The position numbers were made by a program, and so were the translations under genes. The notes beneath the pieces are model-generated. The model was not told where the DNA came from and made no database searches. It was given only the letters and a program-made list of their open reading frames with translations. Shown piece after piece: positions 30,824-40,798 of a stretch of 64,000 bases of DNA. Source of the stretch: SAR202 cluster bacterium (lineage in GTDB: Bacteria > Chloroflexota > Dehalococcoidia > Lucifugimonadales > UBA6927); NCBI GenBank assembly GCA_022447855.1, contig JAKUTX010000007.1, forward strand, positions 4,172 through 68,171, in the 5' to 3' direction. How positions within the stretch are numbered: the first letter of the stretch is position 1; each line of letters begins with the position of its first letter.

Positions 30824-31645
30824 CTAATTTACTGCAAAATCTTGGTCAATGTGATCTGTTATAAACATATGCCCTGGAGAATGGGTAATCATTAATGGTG
30901 GTTTTGATGACATTGCAACAGACTGAGGAGTCACACCACATGCCCAAAAAGTGGGGATTTCATCCTCTTTTACCTCGACGGTGTCTCCAAAGTCTGGAGC
31001 ATTTAAGTCGTTGATACCTATAGCTTTAGGATCTCCAATATGTATTGGAGCACCATGTACGGATGGGAATCTTGAGGTAATTTGAATTGTTTTAACAATC
31101 TTAGATCGTTTGATGGGTCTCATGGATACAACCATTGGACCAGAAAATAAACCAGCAGGGATAGTTTCTATATTTGTGATGTACATAGGGACGTTACATT
31201 TTTGAGATATATGTCTTAATTCTATGCCTGCTTCAATAAGTGCATTTTCAAATGTGAAACTACAACCTAATAAAAATGAAACCATATTATCTTGCCAGTA
31301 TTTCGAAATATTAGTAACTTCATCAATTTGTTTTCCAAATTTGTAGACACGGTATAATCCGACATCAGTGCGTATGTCAGATCCGGGGCTTGTGATGGAT
31401 GCTTCTGTTTTGCCTGCTTCAATTACTTCTATAATTGGACAGGGCTTTGGATTTCTATTACAAAACAACAAAAAGTCAAAAGCAAGATCGGCAGGTAGAA
31501 TTGCTAAATTTGTCTGTACGTGTCCTAGGGCCATGCCCGATGTGGGTGATACAAGTAGATCGTTACGCATTAATGATCGCAAGTCATAAGGGGATTCAGG
31601 CAAATCTTGGGGGATTTTTTTGAGGGATTTTGAATTCATTTCCAT
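30824..31645 (-). CDS. Putative hydro-lyase, DUF1445/YcsI (D-glutamate cyclase N-terminal family)
   Basis: FCNRNPKPCP, LGCSFTFE, MVVSMRP, HGAPIHIG, FWACGVTPQ, ITHSPGHMFITD. Confidence 0.92.
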   Translation of the reverse strand: MEMNSKSLKKIPQDLPESPYDLRSLMRNDLLVSPTSGMALGHVQTNLAILPADLAFDFLLFCNRNPKPCPIIEVIEAGKTEASITSPGSDIRTDVGLYRVYKFGKQIDEVTNISKYWQDNMVSFLLGCSFTFENALIEAGIELRHISQKCNVPMYITNIETIPAGLFSGPMVVSMRPIKRSKIVKTIQITSRFPSVHGAPIHIGDPKAIGINDLNAPDFGDTVEVKEDEIPTFWACGVTPQSVAMSSKPPLMITHSPGHMFITDHIDQDFAVN

Positions 31646-31661
31646 CTCTCTAACTTAGTAA

Positions 31662-34253
31662 TTAGTGATCTTGACGATTTTTGCTTTCTTGCTGAAGTTC
31701 GAAAAGTTTTGTGATTGCTTCAATCGGTGTCATTGATTCTACATTCATTTCAAGTAATTTTTGTATTTGAGGTTGTATCTCAGGTTGTAATTGAGGTTGA
31801 GGATCGTGGAATAATGGAATTTGAACATTATTGAATTTTACGGGTTCGGAACTTTCCAAATCAAGTAAAATTTCATGAGATCTGGAGATGATTTTTTCTG
31901 GTAAACCTGCTAATTTAGCCACATGGATTCCGAAGCTTTGATCAGCTCCTCCCGGTTCTATTTTCCTCAAGAATGTTACTTCACCATTCTTTTCGTTGAC
32001 TGCCACATTAAAATTTTTTACGCGTGGCAGATAATTTTCAAGTTCAGTTAATTCGTGATAGTGAGTAGCAAAAAGAGTTTTGCATCCTAAAGATCTTTGA
32101 TCATGAATAAATTCTGCAATGGATTTTGCAATTGCTAGACCATCATAGGTACTAGTTCCTCTACCAATTTCATCTAGTATTATCAAAGATTTTGGAGAGG
32201 CATTATATATTATTGATGCGGTTTCAACCATTTCTATCATAAAAGTTGAATGGCCTACTGAAATATCATCTTGCATACCTATTCGTGTAAAAATCCTGTC
32301 TACTAATCCGATTTTTGCTGAACTAGCTGGAACATAACTTCCTATTTGCGCCATTAGGACTATGATTCCAACCTGACGAATGTATGTTGATTTTCCAGCC
32401 ATATTTGGTCCCGTCAATATCATTAACTGAGTATCTTCATTCGATAGAAAAATATCATTAGGAACAAATTTTGATGAACCAACCATTTTTTCAACAACAG
32501 GGTGTCTTCCTGATTGAATATCAATTTGTGAGTTGTTGTTTAATGTAGGTCGGATATAGTTGAATTGAGTTGCAGCTTCAGCGAATGATGCCAACACATC
32601 AATTTCAGCTAATATATTCGCTGTTTCTAGAATATTTTTAACATCTTGAGAAATTTCTTCACATAAGTTTTTATACAATTCTAATTCTAATTCTTTGATT
32701 TGATCTTGTGCAGATAAGACTTTCGATTCGTACTCTTTGATTTCCGTTGTGATATAGCGTTCGGCGTTAGTTAATGTTTGTCTTCGAATATAATTTTCTG
32801 GGACTAGTTCACTTTGAGTCTTAGACACTTCAATATAATACCCAAAGACTTTGTTGTAGCCTACTTTTAGAGTTTTGATACCAGTTTTAGATTTCTCTGA
32901 TTCTTGGAGTGATGCGATGTAATTTTGGGATTCCACAGAAGATTCTCTTAGGCTATCTAATTCCTTTGAAAATCCTTTTTTAATTACAGATCCCTCTCCA
33001 ACAGTTATTTGAGGGTCTTCAACTATTGCACTATTGATTTGTTGAATAGTGAAATCATGGGTTTTGAGATTTTCAGAAAGCCTCAATATCAGGTTTTGAT
33101 CGTCACAATTAGAAAATATTTCTTTGAGTGTAGGTATGATTCCTAAACTTTGTTCTAGTGAAGATAGATCCCTGGGAGTTGCATTTAGGCTAAGGAGTTT
33201 ATTAGAGACTCTTTCGATGTCAGATACTGATTTAAGTAAAAGAGTAATGTTTTCACGCCTCAGGGAGTTTCTGTGGAACCATTCTACTGAATTATGTCTA
33301 TCAGTTATTGATTTGACGTCTAGCAGTGGTTGACCTATCCAGCGCCTGAGTAATCTACTTCCCATACTTGTTTTTGAGTGATCTAGGACAGACAATAATG
33401 ATGTGTCACTTGTTTGCCATCTGCCTCCTTCAAATAACTCCAAATTTCTCATTGTTTGCTTATCTAAAGACATATAATTGTGTATATTATATGTTCTTAA
33501 AGTGTTGATTTGGGCTAATAGTTCGGGGGCTTGAATTTGAAGGTAGTGAATGATGGCGCCTGCCGCCCTGATAGATAAAGGTAGCTCATGGCAACCAAAA
33601 GATTCCATACTAGAAACCTGAAAATGATTAAGCAGTGACTCAAAACATTTTTTGCTGCCAAAATCAAATTCTTCCATTTCGCTTAACTCAGAATCTAAAT
33701 TTTCCAGATTTGGTTTGTCTACAGATCTGACAAGTAGTTCTGCTGGGGAAATTCTATTTATTTCAGATGCGATGTCTTCTTTTTTAAGCTGTGTAGTCAA
33801 AAATTCGCCAGTTGTTATGTCAGTGTAGGCAATTCCACATTGATCTTTTTCTAAGAAAATCGATGCTAAATAGTTATTTGATTTTTGGTCAATAATCGAA
33901 TCTTCAATTACAGTCCCAGGGGTAACTACACGTACAACTTTTCGGTCGATAATTTCACTATTTAAATCAGAATTTTTTGATAATTGTTCACAAATTGCTA
34001 CCTTGAATCCTCTTTTGATCAATTTTGACATATGAGGATCTAGTGAATGACAAGGTATGCCTGCTAAGGGAACGCGGTTACCTTTACCAAATTCTCTTGA
34101 TGTAAGTGCTATTTGTAATTCTCTAGAAATTAAAATTGCATCATCATCAAATGTTTCGAAAAAGTCGCCCATCCTAAAAAGTAAAATTTCGTCTTTGTGG
34201 GCTTCTTTAATTTTTAGATATTGTTCTCTTGCGGGAGTATTCATTTGTTCCAC
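31662..34253 (-). CDS. mutS: DNA mismatch repair protein MutS
   Basis: FRMGDFFE, TGPNMAGKST, STFMIEM, DEIGRGT, FATHYHEL. Confidence 0.98.
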   Translation of the reverse strand: MEQMNTPAREQYLKIKEAHKDEILLFRMGDFFETFDDDAILISRELQIALTSREFGKGNRVPLAGIPCHSLDPHMSKLIKRGFKVAICEQLSKNSDLNSEIIDRKVVRVVTPGTVIEDSIIDQKSNNYLASIFLEKDQCGIAYTDITTGEFLTTQLKKEDIASEINRISPAELLVRSVDKPNLENLDSELSEMEEFDFGSKKCFESLLNHFQVSSMESFGCHELPLSIRAAGAIIHYLQIQAPELLAQINTLRTYNIHNYMSLDKQTMRNLELFEGGRWQTSDTSLLSVLDHSKTSMGSRLLRRWIGQPLLDVKSITDRHNSVEWFHRNSLRRENITLLLKSVSDIERVSNKLLSLNATPRDLSSLEQSLGIIPTLKEIFSNCDDQNLILRLSENLKTHDFTIQQINSAIVEDPQITVGEGSVIKKGFSKELDSLRESSVESQNYIASLQESEKSKTGIKTLKVGYNKVFGYYIEVSKTQSELVPENYIRRQTLTNAERYITTEIKEYESKVLSAQDQIKELELELYKNLCEEISQDVKNILETANILAEIDVLASFAEAATQFNYIRPTLNNNSQIDIQSGRHPVVEKMVGSSKFVPNDIFLSNEDTQLMILTGPNMAGKSTYIRQVGIIVLMAQIGSYVPASSAKIGLVDRIFTRIGMQDDISVGHSTFMIEMVETASIIYNASPKSLIILDEIGRGTSTYDGLAIAKSIAEFIHDQRSLGCKTLFATHYHELTELENYLPRVKNFNVAVNEKNGEVTFLRKIEPGGADQSFGIHVAKLAGLPEKIISRSHEILLDLESSEPVKFNNVQIPLFHDPQPQLQPEIQPQIQKLLEMNVESMTPIEAITKLFELQQESKNRQDH

Positions 34254-34344
34254 TCAGAAAAGACATTGCGAAGACATTTTATAGGAGATGTTCAACTAGT
34301 GGAATAGCAGTTTTGATTTTACAATTTAAATTTATTAATTCCGT

Positions 34345-37128
34345 TTAATTTGAAGTGATCAATTCCAATCTTACGTGACTTGTTTGAAGTGGAGGCATCA
34401 ATAAAATTGGGTCTGGCACCTTACTGTTTTGGAGTTCTTCTATTATCTCGCCGAATAAAGTTGTATGAGATATCATTCCTGGAAGTTGTGATTCATCTAT
34501 TTTAATTTTGCCATTGAAACTAAATAGTTTAGAGATGACGTTCACGGTAGAACCGTCGGGGATTGACATTTCATTTGCGTCATTTGGATGTATTTGCAGA
34601 ACATGTTCTGACTTAACTGAATTTTTCCCCTTTGTTTGAACAATTGAAAGATTTGTATTGTCTGGTTGAGAAAGGACCCTTCCAGGAGAAAATATAAGAG
34701 GAAAATCAGAGTCTCGATTAGTTATTTCATTTAGTGCTTCTGCAGGGAAGAAAGATAATTTTCTAGAGTTTTCAGAATATAAGATTTTGGCATCTTTCAT
34801 GTCGGCGGCATAACAAGGCCAAAATACGTATCCATCATCGGTCAGTCTCTGATAAGAAATCCCACCGTAAAATTCTACAACATTATTAATTTCATCAAAA
34901 ATTTCTTCTGGAGAATTATAGTCAAAGCCAGAATAACCCATACGACGAGCAATTTGGAGTAATATCCTGAAATCATCATCTGCATCACTCCCGGTTATGG
35001 CGGGGTTTAGTAATTGAACACGTCGTTCCATGTTCGTATATGTGCCGGTTTTTTCCGCGAAGGTTTTAGACGGGATTATTATGTCTGCTTGTTCTGTAAT
35101 TGCGGAATGAAATGTGTCTTGAACAATTAGTAGATCAAGATTCTTGATAGCAGCTAAAAAGTCACCAAATTCATTATTGTTGAAGTTAATATTGTCACCG
35201 ATTAAATGTAGAGCTTTGATTTGTCCAGAATTAATAGCATTTACAATTTCTCGAATCCCCTTACCTGGATCACTGGGCAATGGAAGTTGGTATAGGTCTT
35301 GGATTTTTTGCATTCTATTTGAATCTGCCCCAGTTTCCACATATCCGGGAAGGAAATCTGGAGAACATCCACAATCTTTTATTCCTTGTTCATTTGCGCC
35401 ATCAAATAGTGGGAAAATTCCCCCAGCATTTGATCCTATACTTCCGGTTAGAATTCCAATGTTTATTGAAGATTTCACACAGGCATCGTGACGTTCTTCA
35501 GGCACATTTTCTAGACCAAGTAGTATACTTATTGGAGAATGTTTTGCTAATAGCCTTGCAGCTTTTTGAATATCTGCCCATTTGACTCCAGTTGCTTCTT
35601 CAATACGTAAGGGTTCTAGATTCCATAGGCTGTTTCTTAGGTCAGAGAAATTTTCTGTTATTTGATCTATAGAATCGTGATTTTCTAAAGATTCATCTAC
35701 AATACATCTAAGCATTGCGCTAATCACGGTTGATTCTGTACCAATTCTAGGCTTTAACCAAATGGTGGCATGTTTGGTGATTTCGGTTTCTCTTTGGTCC
35801 AAAACAATTACTGGTTTACCATTTGATGCGGCCTGTTTTATTGGTAATGCTGCAACGTTTTGATTTTCTTGCATGTTACTAGATACTATCAAAAATGCAT
35901 TAGATTCTCTGAGTTCAGTAAATGAGGCAGAGGAACCAGCGTATCCAAGAGAATATTTTAGGGATTTTGTTAATTCAGGACGAATGTTTGAGGAAACATC
36001 TATATTGTTTGAATTCATTACAACCCGGGAAAATTTTTGTGCAATGTAAGCGTCTTCATTGGTTGCTCGTGGAGAAATAACCATTGCATAACTTGGTCCT
36101 CTGAATTTGGATAATAACTCAGATGCTTTTTGAAAAGTTTCATTCCAAGTTGCTTCACGCAATATATTGTTTTCTTTGATCATAGGTTTTTGTAATTTTG
36201 AATTACTATTGATGAACTCTAGTCCGAATTTTCCTTTAAAGCATAGCTGTCCAAAGTTCGGGGATGCCTCAGTATCTGGTTGTGTACGAATCATCTTGTT
36301 ATGTTTGTCAATTTGCATGTCTACTACACAACCAACAGGACAACCAGGGCAAATAGTTCTAATTACTTTATCTGCTTTTTCCCACTTGTTTTTCCTCTCA
36401 ACTAAGGCTCCAGTTGGGCATACATCAATGCACGCTCCACAGAATTCGCATCCGGATTCTAGTAAAGATGTCCCTTGTGAGGTCCCAATAAGACTTTTCC
36501 CTGATCTTTCCAGAAGGGTGAGGGCATCATCTTGACGGATTTCTGAACAAACTCTTACACATCTGGAACATACAATGCATAAATTCATGTCCATGTCCCA
36601 ATATGGATCGGCAGTTTTTAATGGTAAATGGCGATTGTTGTATGTAAGTGGGGTGTCGAGGTCCATCTCTAGGTGACGAACAGTATCTTTGAGTTCGCAA
36701 CGTTCGTTTTTTGGGCAGATCACGCATCTATCATTTACTTCAACGTGTCGTAGGCAAATGTCTGAAGGGCCGCATAGATCAATTCGATGGCAGTTAAGGC
36801 ATCCATGAGGATGTTCTGAGATTAGTAATTCCATTACCCCTTTGCGTGTGTCATCTATTTTGTCATTGCGGGTAGTTACTTTCATTCCTTCCATTACTGG
36901 TGTTGTACATGATGCTGGAGTTCCAGGTAATGCTCTGTACTCACCGTCAGGTGTTGGGGCTTCAGCATTGACAATGCACATTCGGCAAGCACCATAAGAT
37001 TTCATGCCCGGATAGTAACAAAGATATGGGAGGTACATTCCTGCATCTAAAGCAGCTTGAAGAATATTATTCCCCGGAGTGGTTTCTATTTCAACTCCAT
37101 CGATAGTTAGTGTGATTTTTTCAGACAT
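34345..37128 (-). CDS. NuoG/FdhA-like Fe-S and molybdopterin-oxidoreductase-fold subunit
   Basis: 2Fe-2S (LC..GACRMC..SC), His-ligated cluster region, CIVCSRCVRVC, CEFCGACIDVCP, CPGCPVGC..LCFKG, GTYTNMERR; no Fdh catalytic Cys/Sec-His. Confidence 0.85.
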   Translation of the reverse strand: MSEKITLTIDGVEIETTPGNNILQAALDAGMYLPYLCYYPGMKSYGACRMCIVNAEAPTPDGEYRALPGTPASCTTPVMEGMKVTTRNDKIDDTRKGVMELLISEHPHGCLNCHRIDLCGPSDICLRHVEVNDRCVICPKNERCELKDTVRHLEMDLDTPLTYNNRHLPLKTADPYWDMDMNLCIVCSRCVRVCSEIRQDDALTLLERSGKSLIGTSQGTSLLESGCEFCGACIDVCPTGALVERKNKWEKADKVIRTICPGCPVGCVVDMQIDKHNKMIRTQPDTEASPNFGQLCFKGKFGLEFINSNSKLQKPMIKENNILREATWNETFQKASELLSKFRGPSYAMVISPRATNEDAYIAQKFSRVVMNSNNIDVSSNIRPELTKSLKYSLGYAGSSASFTELRESNAFLIVSSNMQENQNVAALPIKQAASNGKPVIVLDQRETEITKHATIWLKPRIGTESTVISAMLRCIVDESLENHDSIDQITENFSDLRNSLWNLEPLRIEEATGVKWADIQKAARLLAKHSPISILLGLENVPEERHDACVKSSINIGILTGSIGSNAGGIFPLFDGANEQGIKDCGCSPDFLPGYVETGADSNRMQKIQDLYQLPLPSDPGKGIREIVNAINSGQIKALHLIGDNINFNNNEFGDFLAAIKNLDLLIVQDTFHSAITEQADIIIPSKTFAEKTGTYTNMERRVQLLNPAITGSDADDDFRILLQIARRMGYSGFDYNSPEEIFDEINNVVEFYGGISYQRLTDDGYVFWPCYAADMKDAKILYSENSRKLSFFPAEALNEITNRDSDFPLIFSPGRVLSQPDNTNLSIVQTKGKNSVKSEHVLQIHPNDANEMSIPDGSTVNVISKLFSFNGKIKIDESQLPGMISHTTLFGEIIEELQNSKVPDPILLMPPLQTSHVRLELITSN

Positions 37129-38905
37129 TTGTATTCCTTGGATTAGGCATTTTTAAGTCTACAGGCTGTGTATTCGGAGGAAGAAAGTCCCATGAATAAG
37201 GACGGGTATTTTTGGGTGAAATTTTAATTCCGAGACAACTTCCTGTAGGACATTTTTTATCTTGCATATGAGACAAAAAATCTGCTTCAAAATGTTTCAG
37301 GGCGGAACGGATTGGACCAAAGCCTAATTGCCCATGCCCACACAGTGAAGCTCCTTCCATAGAGGTGCCAATTTTCATCATCATCTCAAGGTCGCCATCA
37401 TGATTTTCAAATTTTGCAATTCTTTCAACTATTTCTAGAAGATGTTCCATGCCCAGGCGGCATGGAAAGCATTTCCCACAGGATTCATATTGACAAAATG
37501 CTACTAAAACTCTCGTAATATCTACTGCACATGTTTCATTGTCCGCAACAATAATTCCTCCAGATCCAAAAATTGCTCCAGCCTCTCGCATTTCATCAAA
37601 ATCAATATGTATCTCAAGACTATCAGGGCCAAGAACTCCACCAAGAGGACCACCAGTTTGAAGCATCTTTAACTTTTTCCCATCAGGTATTCCTCCACCA
37701 ATATCATTAACCAAATGACCTAATGTCACGCCCATAGGGACTTCGTACATTCCAGGATACCGAATATTACCATTAATGCATGCAATGGCGGTTCCAGTAC
37801 TTTTGTTAACGCCAATTGAAGAAAACCATTTTGCACCTCTGCGAATAATTTCAGGAGTGTAAGAAAGAGTTTTGACATTATTAATTGTTGTCGGATAGCC
37901 CCAAACCCCAAATGCTGCTGGGAAAGGTGGCCTAGGACGTGGTTGGGCTCGCTTGCCCTCAACAGCGTCCATCAGTGCTGTTTCCTCTCCGGAAACGTAT
38001 GATTCTCCTGTTAAGACCACTTCTATGTCAAAACTGAAATCGGACCCAAAAATGTTTTTGCCTAGTAAACCAACTTCATATGCGTTCTCAATTGCTTTTT
38101 CTGTGTTCTCGATTGGACCGTTATTTCCGTGTCTTATAAAGACTATTCCATTGGTTGCCCCTGTTGCATATCCTGCTATGGTAAGTCCTTCAAGAAGTGT
38201 ATATGGATCGCTTTCTAAAATGCCTTTATCATTGTAAGCCCCTGGATCACCTTCCTCACAATTGCAAAGAATGTATTTTATTCCTTGGGATCTGACCATA
38301 AAACTCCATTTGATACCTGTTGAGAATGCGGCACCTCCTCGTCCACGTAGTCCTGAGTCGGTTACTTCTTTAATTACATCCGATGGATCCATACTTGTAA
38401 TTGCTTTATTTAATCCCTCGTATCCTCCAGTAGCCAAATATTGGTAGATGTCATCAGGGGAATTATGGCCGGCATTTCTTAGGGCTATTCTTTGTTGATA
38501 TTTGATTCCAGGGATTTCGTTTAGATTGGGAATACCTTCGACTTCAGTTTCTCCTAATGACCCTAGGACGTTTTTTAAAGGCACTTCATCTTTTATTAGA
38601 TATGAATCAATTATGTTTGGTATATCAGAAGGCTCAACATTCGCAAAAAATAACCGTGGCATACCAGGTTTCTTAATATCAACTATTGGTTCAGCATAAG
38701 ATATTCCTAAAGATCCAACCTTTTGTACAATTGCATCGATATTTCTTGAGCTTAATTCATTCTTAAAAGACTCTAATACATCAATTGCACCTGCAGCTCG
38801 TGCATGAACTTCCGTACCAATCCTGATCCATGGCATTTCGCCATTTGTCAGTTTGTATTGGCGTTCATCTGCTTCCTTTTTTAAGACATCGTAGGTAGCC
38901 ATCAA
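37121..38905 (-). CDS. NuoF/HydB-like FMN- and NAD(P)H-binding subunit
   Basis: SGLRGRGGAAF, EGDPG, GEETAL, ESCGKCFPCRLG..SLCGHG. Confidence 0.92.
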   Translation of the reverse strand: MMATYDVLKKEADERQYKLTNGEMPWIRIGTEVHARAAGAIDVLESFKNELSSRNIDAIVQKVGSLGISYAEPIVDIKKPGMPRLFFANVEPSDIPNIIDSYLIKDEVPLKNVLGSLGETEVEGIPNLNEIPGIKYQQRIALRNAGHNSPDDIYQYLATGGYEGLNKAITSMDPSDVIKEVTDSGLRGRGGAAFSTGIKWSFMVRSQGIKYILCNCEEGDPGAYNDKGILESDPYTLLEGLTIAGYATGATNGIVFIRHGNNGPIENTEKAIENAYEVGLLGKNIFGSDFSFDIEVVLTGESYVSGEETALMDAVEGKRAQPRPRPPFPAAFGVWGYPTTINNVKTLSYTPEIIRRGAKWFSSIGVNKSTGTAIACINGNIRYPGMYEVPMGVTLGHLVNDIGGGIPDGKKLKMLQTGGPLGGVLGPDSLEIHIDFDEMREAGAIFGSGGIIVADNETCAVDITRVLVAFCQYESCGKCFPCRLGMEHLLEIVERIAKFENHDGDLEMMMKIGTSMEGASLCGHGQLGFGPIRSALKHFEADFLSHMQDKKCPTGSCLGIKISPKNTRPYSWDFLPPNTQPVDLKMPNPRNTNV

Positions 38906-39381
38906 TTATCCTCTAAAAACTTTGAGAGAATTTGGGGAATCTTTTCGGGTGTCATTGAGCCGATAATATTGTGGTTTATATTTATTACTGGAGCTTGTGC
39001 ACATGCTCCCAGGCAAGTGTTATATTTGAGAGTAATATTCCCTTTTTCGGAATCGCCTTCTGTTTCTAAGTCAAGTTCATTTTGAGTGGTTTCAAGGATT
39101 TTAGTAGCCCCAAGTAGGTGGCAAGTTGGACCCCAGCAAATTTCAATTGTGGAAGATTTGGGCGGGGTGAATCTAAAATTGGTGTAGAAAGATGCTACCC
39201 CCCACACGTCATTAATAGTGGTATCCATTTTATTAGCTATAATATCTATTGCTTCGGATGGGATATATCCCACAGAATCTTGGACAGATAAAAGGCAAGA
39301 TAGAACCGTTACAGTGGATCTTTTTTGGTGTTCAATTGCACTAATTAATTGCTGATGCAAATTCACTTCCCCATCAGTCAA
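38902..39381 (-). CDS. NuoE/HydC-like 2Fe-2S subunit
   Basis: GVASFY, ICWGPTCH, CLGACAQAP; AGGAG RBS before a TTG start. Confidence 0.92.
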   Translation of the reverse strand: MTDGEVNLHQQLISAIEHQKRSTVTVLSCLLSVQDSVGYIPSEAIDIIANKMDTTINDVWGVASFYTNFRFTPPKSSTIEICWGPTCHLLGATKILETTQNELDLETEGDSEKGNITLKYNTCLGACAQAPVININHNIIGSMTPEKIPQILSKFLEDN

Positions 39382-39454
39382 GACAATAACTCCTAAATGA
39401 ATTTAAGCGGTCCCAATAATAACACAAGGTAATAACAATTTAAAAATTATTTCT

Positions 39455-40798
39455 TCAGAAAGTTTTCAAATCTCCCAAAATCATTTTCGCTAAACTTGTT
39501 CCCATTTTTACACCGTAATTTGTTCCTCTGTCTTCGGGATATATTTGGGATGTATTTGCTAAATAAACACCTTGAATTGGTGTATCATGAGGAACTATTT
39601 TTTCGCGGTAATTGGTTTCAATAATAGGTTGAGCTGCACCAACTTTATGGTGAAAAGTTTTTTCAATCCAATTATTTTGGAAGTTGGGGTTGATTTTTTT
39701 GATATGAGGAAGATATGCATTTAATAATTCTTCATGTTCCATTTTGAACATTTGGTCATCAGTGTTTAGGTAGTTCGACAGATATACTATATGTTTCCCT
39801 CCATATAAGTCAGCTGTCACAAGATTAGTATGTTCAATTACTGCTACAAATGGTATCGAACGATCAGCAATATTTAGCCAATATTTATTTGTTAAAGGTC
39901 TATCTAAGATTAGGATTAATAAAACTGCGGACATGTAATTTACGCTATCAAGCTTTAGAACATAATTATGTGGAAGTTCAGGAATCAAATTTTTAAATAT
40001 GAAAGATGGAGTAGTAGCTAATACCGCATCGTATTCTATGAATTTTCCCGTCTGAGAATTATTTGATGTTATGACGCCTGAAATTTTTCCTGAATTGACA
40101 CAAATTTCTTCAACTTTAGTGTTTAAGTTGATTGTTCCACCCTGCTCCAGGATTTTCAATTTCAATTTCTCAAAGATTATTTTAAAACTGCTTTTAGGGT
40201 ATCCTAATCTTTCTCGTATCATGGATTTGTTACGAGACTTGACGCGAGTTTGTATTTTCCCCCATATCCAAGCCATGCTTATACGTTCATAGTATTTTTC
40301 TCCGAATTTTCCTCGGAGCATTGGTTTCCAGAAAACTTCATATGATGGTTTCCCACAAAATTTCCTGAGCCAATGGTAGGCAGTGACGTCTTCAAGTCGA
40401 GAAAATTTTTTCATTCTTTGAAGGAAAATAATAGTTATTCCAAGTCTAAGACGATTGATCAAACTTATTGGAGTGAATTTTAACAAGTCTAATGGAGTAA
40501 CGAAGTTGAAAATTTTGCCTTGATAATATGTTCCTACTGATGATTCTGGCCAAATTAATTCATCTTCAATTTCTAATTTACGCATTAGGTCTATTATTTC
40601 TTTGTCGGAGGTGAATAAATGATGATATCCTCGTTCCAGTGGATGGCCTCCAACATCAAAAGTACTAGCTTGTCCCCCAATAAAATTTGAGCTTTCGAAA
40701 ATGTCAACCGAATGACCATTAGATGTCATTTCCAAGGCGGCGGTCAATCCGGTAATGCCAGCACCAATAATAGCGATTTTATATTTTTGTTGATTCAT
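39455..40798 (-). CDS. FAD-dependent oxidoreductase (protoporphyrinogen oxidase/amine oxidase-like family often found in glycosylation loci)
   Basis: GAGITGL, GGQAS, ERGYHHLF, YPEDRGTN. Confidence 0.85.
   Translation of the reverse strand: MNQQKYKIAIIGAGITGLTAALEMTSNGHSVDIFESSNFIGGQASTFDVGGHPLERGYHHLFTSDKEIIDLMRKLEIEDELIWPESSVGTYYQGKIFNFVTPLDLLKFTPISLINRLRLGITIIFLQRMKKFSRLEDVTAYHWLRKFCGKPSYEVFWKPMLRGKFGEKYYERISMAWIWGKIQTRVKSRNKSMIRERLGYPKSSFKIIFEKLKLKILEQGGTINLNTKVEEICVNSGKISGVITSNNSQTGKFIEYDAVLATTPSFIFKNLIPELPHNYVLKLDSVNYMSAVLLILILDRPLTNKYWLNIADRSIPFVAVIEHTNLVTADLYGGKHIVYLSNYLNTDDQMFKMEHEELLNAYLPHIKKINPNFQNNWIEKTFHHKVGAAQPIIETNYREKIVPHDTPIQGVYLANTSQIYPEDRGTNYGVKMGTSLAKMILGDLKTF

Noticed and set aside
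31762-31805. PQPQLQPEIQPQIQ repeat near the MutS C-terminus
   Set aside because: Low-complexity linker after the clamp-binding-like QIPLF motif; such linkers are commonly variable
34345-37128. Selenocysteine formate dehydrogenase
   Set aside because: The ORF is uninterrupted, with no in-frame TGA and no Cys/His at the active-site position
39455-40798. Calling this gene hemY/hemG
   Set aside because: Only the FAD-binding fold is shared; YPEDRG and HHLF motifs and the glycosylation context point to a different subfamily
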